64,000 nucleotides of DNA from Cycas panzhihuaensis (GCA_023213395.1 CM041465.1:164927741-164991740); one strand, 5' to 3'. Positions 12,451-27,258 are shown, counted from the stretch's first letter. Numbers and translations are program-made. Notes: generated from the letters alone by a model not told the origin.

Positions 12451-15400
12451 TAGTAAAAAGGGTCAAGCATCAATGATCGTCAAGTGGCTTATTGAGGGCT
12501 TGATGCAATAATCATTTCCAAAATTAGAAACCAGCATGTTGTATAAGCAAATTTCTTAATTGTTTATGAATCAATTGATCAACTTAATAGTCATCCACGT
12601 CAAAATTCCAACATTCAACATATCATCAACCTCCTTTGAACCAACCTTATATTATTGTTTATATTATAAACTTAAGTAGAAGTGTGCCCTACCATGCTGA
12701 AACATCTTCTCTAATTTATCAATGTCCTCATTTGTCTTCACCAAATATAGAAATCACACACTTCTATAACCAACCACAAACAAACTCAAGGGGTGTTATC
12801 ACAAGCACAAACTCCAAATAAATCCCAACAATAAAACCAAGCTTTTGCATTAAAATTTTCTTAGCACAATGAATGCATCCTCCAAGAAATTGAGTATGAC
12901 TATGTGCTAAAATCCTCACAACAGAATATGCATGAAAGTACAGAGAGAATAGCTTCGATGGTGAATATGTTGTTACATCTTACCAAAATTTGTGGCAGTG
13001 GTATCATATGTAACAACTTTACAAACCACAACCACTTGTAGAAGAAGAAATTTGAAATAGATAGAATGTAAGGATCCTTTAAAGATTCAGTTCCTTAACC
13101 CAACCATGGACAAACCACAAGTAGATCAAGGCATCAACTATAACAGAGCATAACTCCACCAAATATGTAACGTATAACTTTTTCTTTCCTTTTTTCTAGT
13201 TGTTCATTCCATGTAAGGTGAATGCCTATTTGTGTAACACTAGGTGTGGGGATGCACCATTTTAATCTCTTAACTTAGCAAGTAGCTTGGTATCTCTTTT
13301 CTTTCAATACTTCATTTGATGTAAATTTTCTCTTTGTTGTGCCTTGCATGATACAAAAGCCAACCAAATTACTTAGATGGGTAGTATAAATGAGGGAGCA
13401 CATGATATGAACAAAGGAGGAATAGAGAGGAAAAGCAAATGTAAGGATGGATGATAGAAATTTCATGACTTCTTTCGGGAATAGGAATCTAGTTGATGAA
13501 CACATTGAGTTTCTGGGCAACAGGTTTCTCATAATTTCGCAAGTGAGCCAACAAGTTTTGGTGCCTAGTGAACCAACTCCAAAGTTGTAAACTAAAGGAC
13601 AAGGGAAAAGCCTCGCAATTTCGCAAATGAGCAGTTGAGTGGGGAAAGCACAAGGGGACACCCTTTGCATTTTCGCAAATGGGTCACTAAGCACGTAAGG
13701 GCACAAAAATGTAGAAACAAGGAATTGCAATGTAAAACCTTGATGTTTAAGGCCCCATGGATGGATTGAAACTCACACAACACAGAATGAATTCAACAAA
13801 TCTTGGAGACGTTGGTGCAATTGGCAAGCACTCGTAGGCGCCCAACACCAATCCACTAGGAAGACAATTAATGCCAAAATAGATCTGTTAAGCATAGATG
13901 GAAGACACTAGCACACTTAGGTAAAAAGGTGGAGGAACGAAAACACTCACACAGACATACTTTGGATTCCTACCTAAACACGAAGACTGGAACAATTGCT
14001 TTGATTGCAATAACTGCGGGCCTTCGATGCATCCACCACAAAGCAAAGCCACCCACCGAGCCTTAATGGCATTGATGACGGAAAACTGACTCGCCCTAGG
14101 GCATACATAAGGGCGGAGAAGGAAGAAGAAAAGGTATTCTATTCTATTTTATTTGAGGGGATGCTAATATTCATTATCTCTTCGCAATTTAGACTCGATC
14201 TTTTGCTTTTTGGCACTTTTCTCTTCATCTCAAAAAGAGTAGTATTGGGCTAAGTTGCACAAAGTAGATAAATTCTACATCAATATTGTTTAGTTCAGTT
14301 TTTAAAGCAAAGAAGCTCTACATAAATAATCTTGGGTTCAATTTCACAGGGAAGAGTAAGTTCTGCATAGATATTTATGGGATTGTTTCAAGGAGCAGAG
14401 TGGATCTTGCATAGTCATACTCTAGGATAGTTTCACAGAACAAGAAAACCTGCACTCGAAGAAATCTCTTTGGATTTTATCTCCACCTCATACAAGGGAT
14501 AGGTTTGGTAAATGGCATGAGCATGGGTATACATTACTATTTCAATCTCCTTGGACTATCTTGAAGGTGCTAAGTTATAGTCTAATTATTTTTTATGTGT
14601 TGCGAGGTTGGGTTTGGGTTGAACAAGTCCCCATTCCCTAAGTTTTGAGAAAACTCTTTTGGTTATTTTTATGCGCATTGCCACAAGGTGGGATTGGGTT
14701 AAGTAAGTCCCCATTCCTTAAGGGTTGAGCAAGTCCCCTCTTTGTTACTTTTTTGTGCACAAGGGCTACGCAAGTCCTCTCATGATTATTTTATTTTTAC
14801 TTGCATGAATAAGGCCTATAGGGTTTGGATTCACACCCTCATGCTTGGTGAGTGTTGTGTGGTATGAAACACACAACCCATTAAGGTGAGAACCTCATTT
14901 TTGGTGCAGTGTTGTGCAGTATGAAACACACAACCCACTAGATGATAAGCTAGTGTCAACACATGCAGGACTACTAGCATGCATCGCATGGAATGAATCA
15001 CACAAACCATGGAGAGAGACTCCAAAGAGATTTACTTAGTGGCAGAACATATGTGGAATGGCATTCCTAGATTGAGTGCATAAATTGAATGGTAGCAAAA
15101 AATTCAAGAAAAATGCAACAAGGTTTGTGGTTTTGTTATTTTTTGATAGAGTGCATATATTGAAATGAAGTAAGAAGTTTAGAAACCAGGCCAGCAAGAT
15201 TTTGTTGACATCTCTAGACAAAGTTACATAAATCCAGTGCAGTACAATGTTCAACCATAGCTCAGTAGTGTTTTGTTGTTGTTTGTGACCAAAGAAGTCA
15301 CTGGAATAGGTTAAGGGCTATGAGCAAAGTGACTTACCAATACTCCAACATTCATACCATATGCTCCAGCTCGAGGGCACTTCGTTGGGCAGTGAATCCA

Positions 15401-16034
15401 TATGAAGTAATATGGGTAGTCAAGTTTGTGATCATAACAATTGTCCTAATAGTGAAATATATTATTGTATCATTGGTTATATTTTTCTAAGATTTATTAA
15501 GATTATGTTTTAAAAATCTATATTCAACATCACTGACCTCTTCAACCTGTAGCATCTCTGGGCATATGTTCTTCTACTAACTTTGTTTTCAACTTTCGTA
15601 GTTCAGTTTGATGTTGGCTTGGTTGGTAGACTCAAGTGAATCACAGCTAAGCAGTGTCACAACTAACTCTCAAGTAAGGGGTATTGTCATGATAGCTTAG
15701 TATCAGAGCAACAAGGTGGAAGCATAGATTATTAGAGCAAGTTCCAGATAGAGGTGAACACTTACCTTCATCGTGCTCTGATTGACCATTGCAGTTGTTG
15801 TATCAAAGAACAATGGAAGCTTACATGAACAACAAAGAATCTGACAAAGCTCTAAGATCAAACTTATGTGCAACGACAAGAAGCTAGCAGAGCTTCAAGG
15901 TTGAAGCTTACATAACCAATCGAGAACTGGACAAAGCTCTAAGGCTGAGCTTAAAAGCTTCCAAGACTCGATAATTTGTTAGAAAAACCTCATATAAGTT
16001 AACCAAGAATCATGATGAGAAGAGAAAGAATATT

Positions 16035-16735
16035 GTATTTGAATGGATGAGAAGTCATGAGCATCACAAGTCAAATAGACAAGTAATTGTAGCAACGATG
16101 AAGACTCTTGGTAGAGGAGAACTATATGAAGAAGCAATAGAGATTTTCAAAGAGATGAAACCAATAGGGTATACTCTTAGTAGAAGAGCATACAATGTTC
16201 TTCTGAATGTGTATGGAAAAGTGGGATTTGGCCCTAATCTTTCCACTTACAATGCTCTTTTAAATGCATTAGCGAGAAGAGGTTGTCGAGTGGAACTAGA
16301 GGTCGTTTTTCATATATGAGAAGTAGGGGTTATAAACCAAATGAAAATGCATATGTTGCATGCTTATGCAAATGTTGATCATACAAAGCATTTGAAGGCT
16401 CTTGCAGAAGATGTGTATTCCAGAGTCATTTTATCCCAGTTGGTTACTACTCAAAACCCTTGTGCTTGTCAATAGCAAGTGCGGTTTGTTGAATGAGAGA
16501 AAGTATGCATTCTTAGAGTTGAAAATAAAATGGGATTTTCCCTAGACTTAATTATTTTCAATGCAATGATAGGTATATATGGGAAATATGGTCTAGTTGA
16601 TCAAGCCCATGATATATCACACTATATGAAGCAAAATGGGTTGAAGTCGGGGGTTGCTACATACAATTGCTCGATGAGTTTACATGATAGAGAAGGCAAT
16701 TGCTGGAAATTTGAATAAGTGTTTAGAGAAATGTA
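16035..16735 (+). pseudogene. Captured P-class PPR gene fragment (At5g02860-like) inside element H
   Basis: PNLSTYNALLNALARRG, HAYAN..ALAEDVYS, LKTLVLVNSKC, GFSLDLIIFNAMIGIYGK, VATYNCSM. Contains frameshifts and internal deletions. Confidence 0.85.
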
Positions 16736-17289
16736 GGTTGGTTGGAAAGAAAGATGGCAAGCGAGGCAAGGGCCACCAAGGAGAGACTCCAGACCTCCTT
16801 GATAGAATCAAGATGTGAGGACATACAATTAGTATAAGATAATCAAAGACCAAACTAGACCTATAGGAATTTGCCTAGACTACTGAACAACAAAAGTATT
16901 TTTAATGCAATGAGCCAAGGCATTTTACAAATAAGTATATGCATGGGCAAGGTGCAAGAGAAGGAGCTTTTAATGTGGAAGCACAACCAACTATGGTTGA
17001 TGCAATCTAGTAAGGGAGGATGGCTATAGTTTGGTAGTGCGGATTCCAAGTTGTGGTCATAGAGACCTAAACATGTACATGAACAATTGCAAGCATTGCG
17101 TAATGATGTCAGTCTAGTTCAATAGTGAAGTGAAGAATGACTCTGCCAAAGAAAGGAATGAAGTTTGAATGGACTGAAAGAATGTGAAGAGAGACTTCAA
17201 TAAATATCAACTACACAGATAAAGAAAACTTTGCAAAAAGGTTGTCAAGTTTGTGTAGCTTATGCTCATATGGAAGGTGCTCATATTCA

Positions 17290-17582
17290 ACTATTAATCT
17301 ATCCACCCATTTATCCATCAAACTCTCAATCGATCTACCAATACCAGTCTATCAACCTATCTGTCACTTTGTTCATTGATCTATTTATAAATTTGTCGAT
17401 CTATTACTATATCAATCTATTTATCAGTCAATCAATATATCTATCCATCTAAATGTCAATTAATCAATCAATCTAGCTGCATATCTATCTATTAACCAAT
17501 CTATTCATCTAACTTCTTTTTTATCCATCAATATATCTACATATTTATCTACCTATTTGATGACCTATCTGCCTACCTACCC
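17290..17582. repeat. Degenerate (ATCT/ACCT)n simple repeat
   Basis: Run of ATCT/ATCA/ACCT tetramers. Confidence 0.75.
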
Positions 17583-17584
17583 AT

Positions 17585-19970
17585 ATAAGCATGACTTCCA
17601 AGTGCTGCACATAAGATGCAATGAAAACAAAGTAGTTGATGCTCTTGTCCAAAGAAGGTACATGGCTCTAATGAGCATTCCTACCTCAAATTTAAAGGAA
17701 AGCATGAGGCAATGGTTACCCAACAATGAACTATACAAAGGAGTGAAGAAGTTCCTAGAAAAGGAGGAATTAGAACTGGAGAATGCTAAATTGCTATGTA
17801 TAGATGGAGACTATAAAATGTTTAATGATGGGTTGCTCATACTTTAAACGCAAATCTACATACCAACAAACAAGGGACACATACAGCCTAGTTCATCCCC
17901 ATGTAGATCCCTAGTTCTACTAGTTACCAAAAGGGATGGAACTTAGAGGCTATGCATTGATCACAAGGGATGTAACAAGATAACAGTATTGAGCTGCTAT
18001 CCATTACCAAGGATAGATGATCTTTTAGATCAATTGCAAGGAGCCAACTTCTTCTCCAAGATGGATCTCAAATTTGACTACCATCAAGTAAGAGTCAAGG
18101 AGTAGGATGTTTGGAAAACCACCTTCAAGACAAGGGAAGGCTTGCTCAAGTGGTTGGTAATGCCATTTGGCTTAACCAACATGCTTGCTAAATTCATGAG
18201 AGTTGTGAATGATATTATGAGACCATTCTTGGACAAGTATGTGGTGGTGTACTTGGATGACAACCCCATTTTCAGTAGAACATGGGAAGAACATCGTCAT
18301 CGCATATGGCAAGTATTGCAAATGCTACGGGAACATAAGTTGCAAGCCAATCTTATTAAGTGTTCTCTTGCTATGACTAAGATTTTCATACTTGGGTTTC
18401 ATTATGGATGAAAGCAGCGTGAGAAGGGATCCCACTAAGCCATACGACAATATTCGCTTGAGGAGCTAAAGAAAAGATTATGCTTTGTGCCGGTGTTGGC
18501 ATTATTGCATCTACAACAAGGATTCAAGGTTGAAACCAATGCTTCTAACGTTGCCATGGGAGTTGTTCTTAACCAACATAGGAGACAAATTGCATACCAT
18601 TCAGAAACGTTTATGGGAGCAATCAAGAACTACTCCACTTATGATAAGGAGTCGTATACTATCAAACAAGCAATGAAGATGTGGAGACACTAGCTCCTTG
18701 GAAAGAAAACAATTATTCATTCCAACCACAAGCCTCTTCAATTCAAGCAAACACAATCCAAGATCCAAAATAGCAAACATGTCAAGTGGATGACATACTT
18801 GTAACAATTTCATCTTGTGATCAAATACCATAAAGGTTCCACAAACAAAGTTGCAACATGCTTAAGCAGATGAACAAATGCAATGACATCTACCATGCAA
18901 ACCAGGTACTTTGCATTTGATGATTGGATTCCTTTCTATGCTAATGACTCTATTTTTCATGAAGTATATGAAGCAACAAATTTCTATGGTTCCAACCAAG
19001 AAAAGAGAGCATGTGGATTATCATGTGAAGGATGGCATCTTGTATAAGCTGGGCAAGATTTATGCACCTTCTGAAGGCAACCATAAACTCATGCTAATTC
19101 GCAAAGCTCACCATTTCCAAGTAGCTGACCACTTTCGTGTGGAAAGGACTTTGCCCCATTTGCAACAACATTTTTATTGCCAAAAATTTCAAAGGAAGAA
19201 AAATGAGGAGAAAATCAATTGGTATTTAGGATTATAAGCTTGCCTTATTTTACCAAATTTTATTCTATGAAATTCTATGTTGATTTCATATCAAAAAAAT
19301 TTTATTTGTCAAAAATTTGAAACAAGAATGCCTTCAAAGTTTATGTGTAATGACACTGTTGTTGATCAATTCTAAAGGTAAAAACATTAAGATCAATTCT
19401 CAATCTAAAAGCAGCAAAGGACTAGTTGCAGGAAATTGGCTCAACAAGGGCAATTATCAATTGAGAGGGAGAATTGCAAACTTAGACCCAAGAGACAAAA
19501 GAAGTAAAAGGAGGAGGAAATTTCAGACCAATTCTAAGAATTAGAATACATCAATTCTAGAAATTAAAGAAAGGGCAAGCAACTAGCATAAGACTGTGTT
19601 ATTAAAGAAGAGAGTCAATTTTAGTTGGTAAATTTTCAATGTATAAATTATATACTGCAAGTTTGGCATCAATTGCAAGGCTTGTTGGTTATTAGTCTAC
19701 ATCTTCAAATTCATGTTGTTTTTCATGTTTAATTATTAAAGAAGTATGTGCCAAACTCAAAGCATGTATTCGAGTGGACTAATCTTATAGTAGGACCAAG
19801 CATCAACTTTGAGGAAGAACCCTTAAGAATATTGGACCAAAGGGAAAGAATGTTACAAAACAAGAACATCAGGCAAGTGAAAGTATAGTGGAAGCACTTG
19901 ACACCAGAGGAAACAACATGGGAGTTGGAAAGCAACATGAAGCAACAATACCCCTATTTGTTTGCAACAG
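17585..19970 (+). pseudogene. Element H Gypsy pol remnants (RH-INT linker, RT, RH, partial INT, chromodomain)
   Basis: PLPRIDDLLDQLQGA, MPFGLTN, YLDD, FKVETNASNVAMG, KAHHFQVADHF, chromodomain-like C-terminus; many stops. Confidence 0.85.
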
Positions 19971-21195
19971 AATGAACCCACATCAAGGGCGATGCTTTTG
20001 TGAAGGGAAGGGGATGTAATGCGCTTGTAAAGATTCAAATGCTTAACCCAACCATGGACAAACCAAGGCACAAACCACAGGTAGATCAAGGCATCAACTA
20101 TGGATAGACCATGACTCCGACAAATATGTGACATATAACTTTTTCTTTCCTTCTTTCTAGTTGTTCATCCCATGTAAGGTGAATGTCTATTTGTGCAACA
20201 CTAGGTGTGGGGATGCACCATTTTAATCTCTTAACTTAGTGACTAGCTTAGTATCTATTTTCTTTCAATACTTCATTCCATGTAAAATTACTCTTTGTTG
20301 TGGCTTGCATAATACAAAAGCCAACCAAATTACTCAAATGGGCAATATAGATGGAGGAGCACATGATATAAACGAATAAGAAATAGAGGAGAAAAGCAAA
20401 TATAAGGGTGGATGATAGACTTAGAGATTTCATGACTTTTTTGGGGCATAGTAATCCAGTTGATCAACACATTGAGTTTCCAGGCAAAAGACTTCTTGCA
20501 GTTTCGCAAGTGACCCAACAAGTTTTGGCACCTAGCAATCCAACTCCAAAGTTGCGAAACAAAGGGCAAGGGAAAAGCCTCACAATTTCGCAAATAAGCA
20601 ATTGAGTGGGGAAAACACAATGTAGCACCTTTCACATTTTCACAAATGGGTCATTGAGTGCATAAGGATGCAAAAATGTGGATACAAGGAATTGCAAGGT
20701 AAAACCTTGATGTTCAAGCCCCCATGGGTAGATTGAAACTCATGCAATAGAGGACGAATTCAACAAATCTTGGAGACATTGGTGCAACTAGAAAGCACTT
20801 GCAAGCACCCAACACTAACCCACCAGGAAGATAATTAATGCCAAAATAGGTCCGTTGAGCAGAGATGAAAGATGCCAACACGCGTGGGTAAAAAGGGGTG
20901 GGGGGGGGAACAAAAACGCTAGCACAAAGATGCTTTGGATTCCTACCTAAACAAGAAGAGTGGAACAATCACTTCGACTGCAATAATTGTAGACCTTGGA
21001 TGCGTCCACCACAGAGCAGAGCCACCCACCAAGCCTTAATGGCATTGATGAGGGCAAACCAAGTCGCCTTGGGGCATAGACATGGACAGAGAAGGAAGAA
21101 GAAAAGGTATTCTATTATATTCTATTCGAGGGGATGCTAATATTCATTATCTCTTGTCCATTTGGACTCGATCTTTTGGTTTTTAGCATTTTCTC

Positions 21196-21248
21196 TAAAA
21201 AGATCAATAATGATGATAAGTGAATTCTCTATGTCTTTATTGATCAAT

Positions 21249-21303
<55 letters not shown>

Positions 21304-24300
21304 GAAATGAACGGGACAATTGGCAACCGCTCAACAAGATTGTTCCGCTTGTCACCCTGAGAGTGAATGGGGGTAATGATGTGTGACCCTCACAAAATAC
21401 TTCAGACATAAGTCATTACCCTAGATAAAACGTTATCTTCTACATTCTCTTCATCTCAAAAAGAGCAGTATTGGGCTAAGTTGCACAGAATAGATAAATT
21501 TTGCATCAATATTCTTTGGTTTAGTTTCTCAAAGTAAAGTAGTTCTAAAACATTAGCTTCTACACCCCCTCTTAATGTTTTATCTGTCTTAGTCCTAATT
21601 GATTTCTAAAATTAATAAATTTTTCCCTGCCAAGGGATTTGATAAGGTTATCAACAGTTTGATTTTCTGATGTGTAGTGCTGGAGCTCGACTTCTCTGTT
21701 TTACACTTTTTCTCTGATGAAATGGTGATGCACTTCTATGTGCTTTGTTCTTGCATGTAGTACTGGATTTTCAATCATTTTGATTGTACTTTGATTGTCG
21801 TAGAATATCGAAGTGGGCATTATCTGTTCTATCCAAGATCTTTAAGGAGTTGTCTAACCCATATTCCTCCACATGTTGCATTGATTGCTGACTTGTATTC
21901 TGTTTCTGTTGAGGATAGAACAATTGTATGTTGCTTTTTACTGCTCTAGGAGATCAATGATGTTCCCAGAAAGAAACAATACCCCAAAGTTGATTTTCTG
22001 TCTGTCCTATCTTCAACCCAGTCGAAATCGCAGAAACCTATCAATTGCATATTGTTGTCTTTTCTATATTCTAAGCCAAGATTTATGGTACCTTTTAGAT
22101 ACCGTAAAATTCTTTTTGTAGTATTCCAGTGAGGTACCGTAGGATTTTCCATAAATCTAGAAACAACACCAACTGCTTACGAAATATCTGGTCGTGTGAC
22201 TGTGAGATAAATTAAGCTTTCGATCAATTGTCTGTACAGAGTTGTATCAATAGGTTGTGCTTCTTGTTATGTGCTTAATACACATCCAGTTTCCATTGGT
22301 GTGATGACACTATTGCAACTTTCCATTTTGAACTTGCTCAGCAAGTTTTTGACATATCTTGATTGTGAAAGAACAACAGAGTGATTGTTCTATTCTATTT
22401 CTATTCCGAGATAATAATGCAACGTTACCAGATCTGTCATTTCAAAGACCTTTTCAAATCGTTTCTTGATGGATGTGATTGAATCTTCGTCATCTCCTAT
22501 GATTAGCATGTCATCTACATAGACCACTATGATAGAAGTTAATCCTTGATTGGATTTTACGTACAGACTATGATCTGATTCACACCTGTGAAATCCGTTT
22601 TGAGTTAGATACGAGTCCAGCTTAGCATACTAGGCTCTTAGCTCTTGTTTGAGTCCATACAATGCCTTTGTTAATTTACAGACCATATTCTCTTGTCCTA
22701 GTTTTATGTATCCTTTTGGTTGATACATATATACTTCTTCCAATAAATCTCCATTTAGGAAAGCACTTTTAACATCCATTTGGTAAATCTTCCATCACTT
22801 TTAAGCAACAATTGCAATCACAATTCTTACTATGTTTAGCTTGGCTACTGGTGAAAATGTTTCTTCATAGTCAATTATGATTGTCTGTGTGTAGCCCTTT
22901 GCCACCAGTCTTGCCTTGTATTTCTCAATTTGACCATTTGGCTTTTCCTTTACTTTATATACCCGTTTACAATTTACAATGGGTTTATGTTCAGGAGCCG
23001 TTACCAAATCCCATGTTTTGTTTCTATGAATAGCTTCAATCACTGTATCCATTGCTACTTTCTAGGCTTGAGAACTACTTGCTTCTTCGTAAGTACTTGG
23101 TTCGATGGAGCAAATCAGGGCCTGTGGTTTTTGAGATCTTGTTTGTTGTTCAAATATTTCTCCTTTTGTTTCCTCAAGTGTTTTGAGGTACCATTTTGGT
23201 ACTCTTTTTGAGATTTGTTCTTGTGGTGATCTGGTTTCTTCATCTTCTGAATAAGTATTTGAATCATTGGCTTGTTGCATATCAGACAGATGAGTATTGG
23301 ATTCACTTGCTTGTTGGATGTCTGAAGACATCTCCCTTGAAATATCATTTTCTGCTTCAATGCTTTCAGAAGTGATGTCTGACTTGTCTTCTGGCTGAAC
23401 AATTTCTAGGCTTTGATCACTTAGATTTATTTCTTGATGAACTGCTTTAGCAAGTTCTTTCTTCTCATCAAAGATTACATCTCTACTTACATAAAGTTTA
23501 TCTATCTTTAGGTCAAGACAGTGGTATGCTTTTGATCTACTACTATACGCAACCATTATGCATTCTATGCTCTTATTATCTAACTTGGTTCTTTTCTTGT
23601 CAGGAATGTGTACATATGCCTTGCAACTGAAAATATTGAAGTGACTTACATTTGGCTTATGTCCTGTCTATGCTTCTTCAAGTGTTACATTGTTTAATGA
23701 TTGAGTTGGACTTCTATTAATCAAATACACAGTTGTGTGCACAGCCTCTACCCAATACTTCTTAGCAACCTCACTATTGTTTAGCATGCATCGAGCCATT
23801 TCTACAATTGTTCTATTCATCCTTTCTACGAACCCATTTGATTGAGGTGTATATGGAGTTGTAATTTATCTGCAGATTCCATGTATTTTACAGAAATAAA
23901 GAAATTCATTGGACACAAATCCCTCCCCCCCCCCCCATCTGAATGAATATATTTAATTTTTTTACTGCTATCTAGTTCCGCTCCAGCCTTGAACTCTTTG
24001 AAACAACTGAACACTTCTGATTTAATAAACAAGAAATATACCCATGTTTTTCTAGAGAAATTATCAATGAAAGTTAGGAAATACCTTGCCCCATTTGTTG
24101 TGATTAGCGTGAATGGGCCACACCGATCAGTATGTACTAGATCTAACTTGTCTTGAGCATGCCATGTGCTTTTTGAAAATGGAATCCTGTGTTGTTTCCC
24201 CATCATACAGCCTTTGCATACGAAAGAATTGAATGAAATGCCTGGCAAGCCATTTACCATCTTTGAATTCTTTAGTTTCTCTAACCTATCATAGGAAATA

Positions 24301-26667
24301 TGGCCATCCTTCAAATGCCACATTTCATTAGTATCAACGCTGGTTACAACGAATGAATTTACATCAGAAGAGGATTTTGTGGGGCCTTTATCAGGCAGTA
24401 CAGGAGTAGAGAGAAGTTTATACAGCCTATTACACTTTTCTCCTTTGGCTATCATAGTACCATTCTTTTTCATATCAAGAATGTAACAGTGACCGTTTTC
24501 ATCAAAAACTGTTCTCAGCCTTTTTTCACTCAACTAAGATACGGACAAAAGATTCTTCTTCATTCCTCGTATAAAGAAAACATTGCCTATACGTTGAATT
24601 TTTCTATCAATTTTTATGGCAATTTGACCAATTCCTTTTATATGCAAAGGAAAATTGTCTCCTAACTCTACAGATTTATTGAGATCGTATGGTTTGATGA
24701 TTTCAAACCATTCTTCAATCCCTGCCATCTTATGTGATGCCTCTGAATCAACATACCAATTTTTTGCTGCGTTGGCATTTGCTACTAATGTTGCAATGAA
24801 GGTTGTTTCAACATCTTCTTCTGCTATGTCTCGTTCTCTACTGTAGTTTCCAGTCACCTGATGCTTTCCCTTTTGAAATTCAGTTCGTCTTTGGTGACAC
24901 TGGTATGGAAAATGACCCACGTGTCCGCAATAGTAGCAGACATCGAAAGCTCTATAGTTGCTCGAAAAATGACCTGGTTTGCCACAATTGAAGCATAGCC
25001 TAGCATCATGAGGTGGATTGATAGTCGTTCTTCCTCGTCCCCTTCCTTCAGTCCAATGTCCTCTGTAAGAAGTTGTTCTTCTTCCTCGTATTTTGGAATT
25101 ATATTGCCTTCATCCTCTGTTTCCCAGATGAAGCTCAGTGATAAGTGCTTCTTCGACTTCTAAGTCTTCTTCATATCTCTGATTCCTCTGTTCCTAGCTG
25201 AGCATATGACCTGTGAGAACATCAAAGGTCATCGTAGTAGTTTGCCCTCCTCCTATCAACACATTTACCATGTTATCAAAGGATTTTGGTAATTTGTTGA
25301 GCACAAGATGTATTAACTCAATGTCGAACAATTTGTCTCCTGTCGTGAGGAGCAATTTTAATATTGGTTAATTTGGTTATGAAATCAAATGCAGTTTGGC
25401 CTTCCTTTATTTGAAGTTTATAAAGTTCTTCTCTTAAGGCCACAATTTTGGCTTCATTCTTTCTACTAAACATGGAAGACATTATTTTCCAGATTTCACT
25501 TGCATCTTCTACACCATCCACATATACTAACAAGGAATCAAAGATTGAAAGTTTAAGCATAGATACAACAGTATTATTCCTTTCTTCCCAGTTCATTAAA
25601 TCTACAACATCAAAGGGTTGTATCTCATCTTCGATAGTGACTTTCCAGGCATGTTTTGCCCTTAGAAGACCCTCTATTTTAATCTTCTAGATATTGAAGT
25701 TCATCTCAGTTAGCTTATCACTTTCAAGTAGTGATCCGGCAGAGGAGGCCATCGTTGTTTCAAATCTGGTTTTTTATGAAAGCAGAAATGGTATTGTACA
25801 GCTATACGGAATACTGTATGACCTGCTGTGCGGATTTCCATACGGACCTCAAAGTGTACGGTCGGGGGGAAAAAGGGTCTTAAATGAGAGAACTCACAAA
25901 TGGGTATCCAGATGTTAGTTTCTTGATACTGTTTCAGATCTAAGAGATACGACCAAAAATAGGTCCAAACCCGCACCCTAAGGATTTTTGGAAAAATGGA
26001 GAAAAATTTTTGAAAAATGAGATAAAACCTTGAAAAGACAAACTTAAAACCTTTGTTCTGAGATGAGAAGAGATTCAGAAGCTTTGTACCAATGTTTTCT
26101 TCTGAATTTTTAAAGAAAAAATGTGAAAGGAGGCCTCAAACTCGCACGCCCATAAAACTGCTCGAAAATGCCTCAAGATGACTTCAAATGACATCGGCCT
26201 TGAAGGAAGAAATGTAGAGGAGGCTCCGATCTACAATCTGGTGAGTTTCGTTGAATTATGAGCACTTCGATTTTTGGCGTCCGTGCAATTCCGTATGACC
26301 GTACAATTCCGTACGATTCTGGTTTGTTCTCTGATCCAGACTCTTATGATAATGATTTTGACAACAGACTAGCTTCAATTCTTCTTCTTCTTTGGAAATC
26401 CTAGCTTAACTCTTTCACAGGCAGGAAGACCCAATAGCCTACTCTGATACCATGAAAAGATCAATAATGATAATAAGTGAATTCTCTATGTCTTTATTGA
26501 TCAATTACATGTATATACATACAGTTGAAATGAATGGGACAATTGGCAACTGCTCAACAGGATTGTGCCACTTGTCACCCTAAGAGTGAATGGGGGTAAT
26601 GATGTGTGACCCTCACAAAATACTTTAGACATAAGTCATTACCCTAGATAAAACATTATCTTCTACA
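21196..26667 (-). mobile_element. Full-length degenerate Copia (LTRs 21196-21444 and 26453-26667) nested in the H 3' LTR
   Basis: Paired LTRs, PBS reverse complement CTACTCTGATACCA, PPT reverse complement CCCCCTCTTAATG, TSD TTCTC/TTCTC, gag-pol fragments on the minus strand. Confidence 0.92.
21254..21300. repeat. (TA)n microsatellite, expanded in one LTR only
   Basis: Perfect TA run; the sister LTR reads GTATATACATACAG at this position. Confidence 0.95.
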
Positions 26668-27258
26668 TTCTCTTCATCTCAAAAAGAGCAGTATTGGGCT
26701 AAGTTGCACAGAACAGATAAATTTTACATCAATATTCTTTGGTTTAGTTTCACAAAGTAAAGTAGTTCTACATAAGTAATCTTGGGTTTAGTTTGTCAGC
26801 GCAAAATAAGTTCTACATAGATATTTCCTAAAACAATTTCATAAGGCAGAGTAAGTTTTGCATAGATATTTCCGAGACTGTTTCAAGGAGCACAGTGGAT
26901 TCTACATAATCATACTCTAGGATAGTTTCACTAAACAAGAAAACCCACACTCAAAGAAATCTCTTTGGATTTTATCTCCACCCTATATAAGAGATAGGTT
27001 TGGTAAGTGGCATAAGCGTGTGTATGCATTACTATTTCTATCTCCTTAGACTGTCTTGAAGGAGCTAAGTTGCAGTCTAGTAATTTTTATATGTCGTGAG
27101 GTTAGGTTTGGGCTAAGCAAGTCCACATCCCCTGAGAGTTGAGTGCGTCCCCTCTAGTTATTTTTATGTGCACTACCATGAGGTGAGATTCGATTAAGCG
27201 AGTCCCCATTCCGTGGGGGTTGAGCAAGCCCCCTCTTCTATGCACAAGGGTTGAGCAA

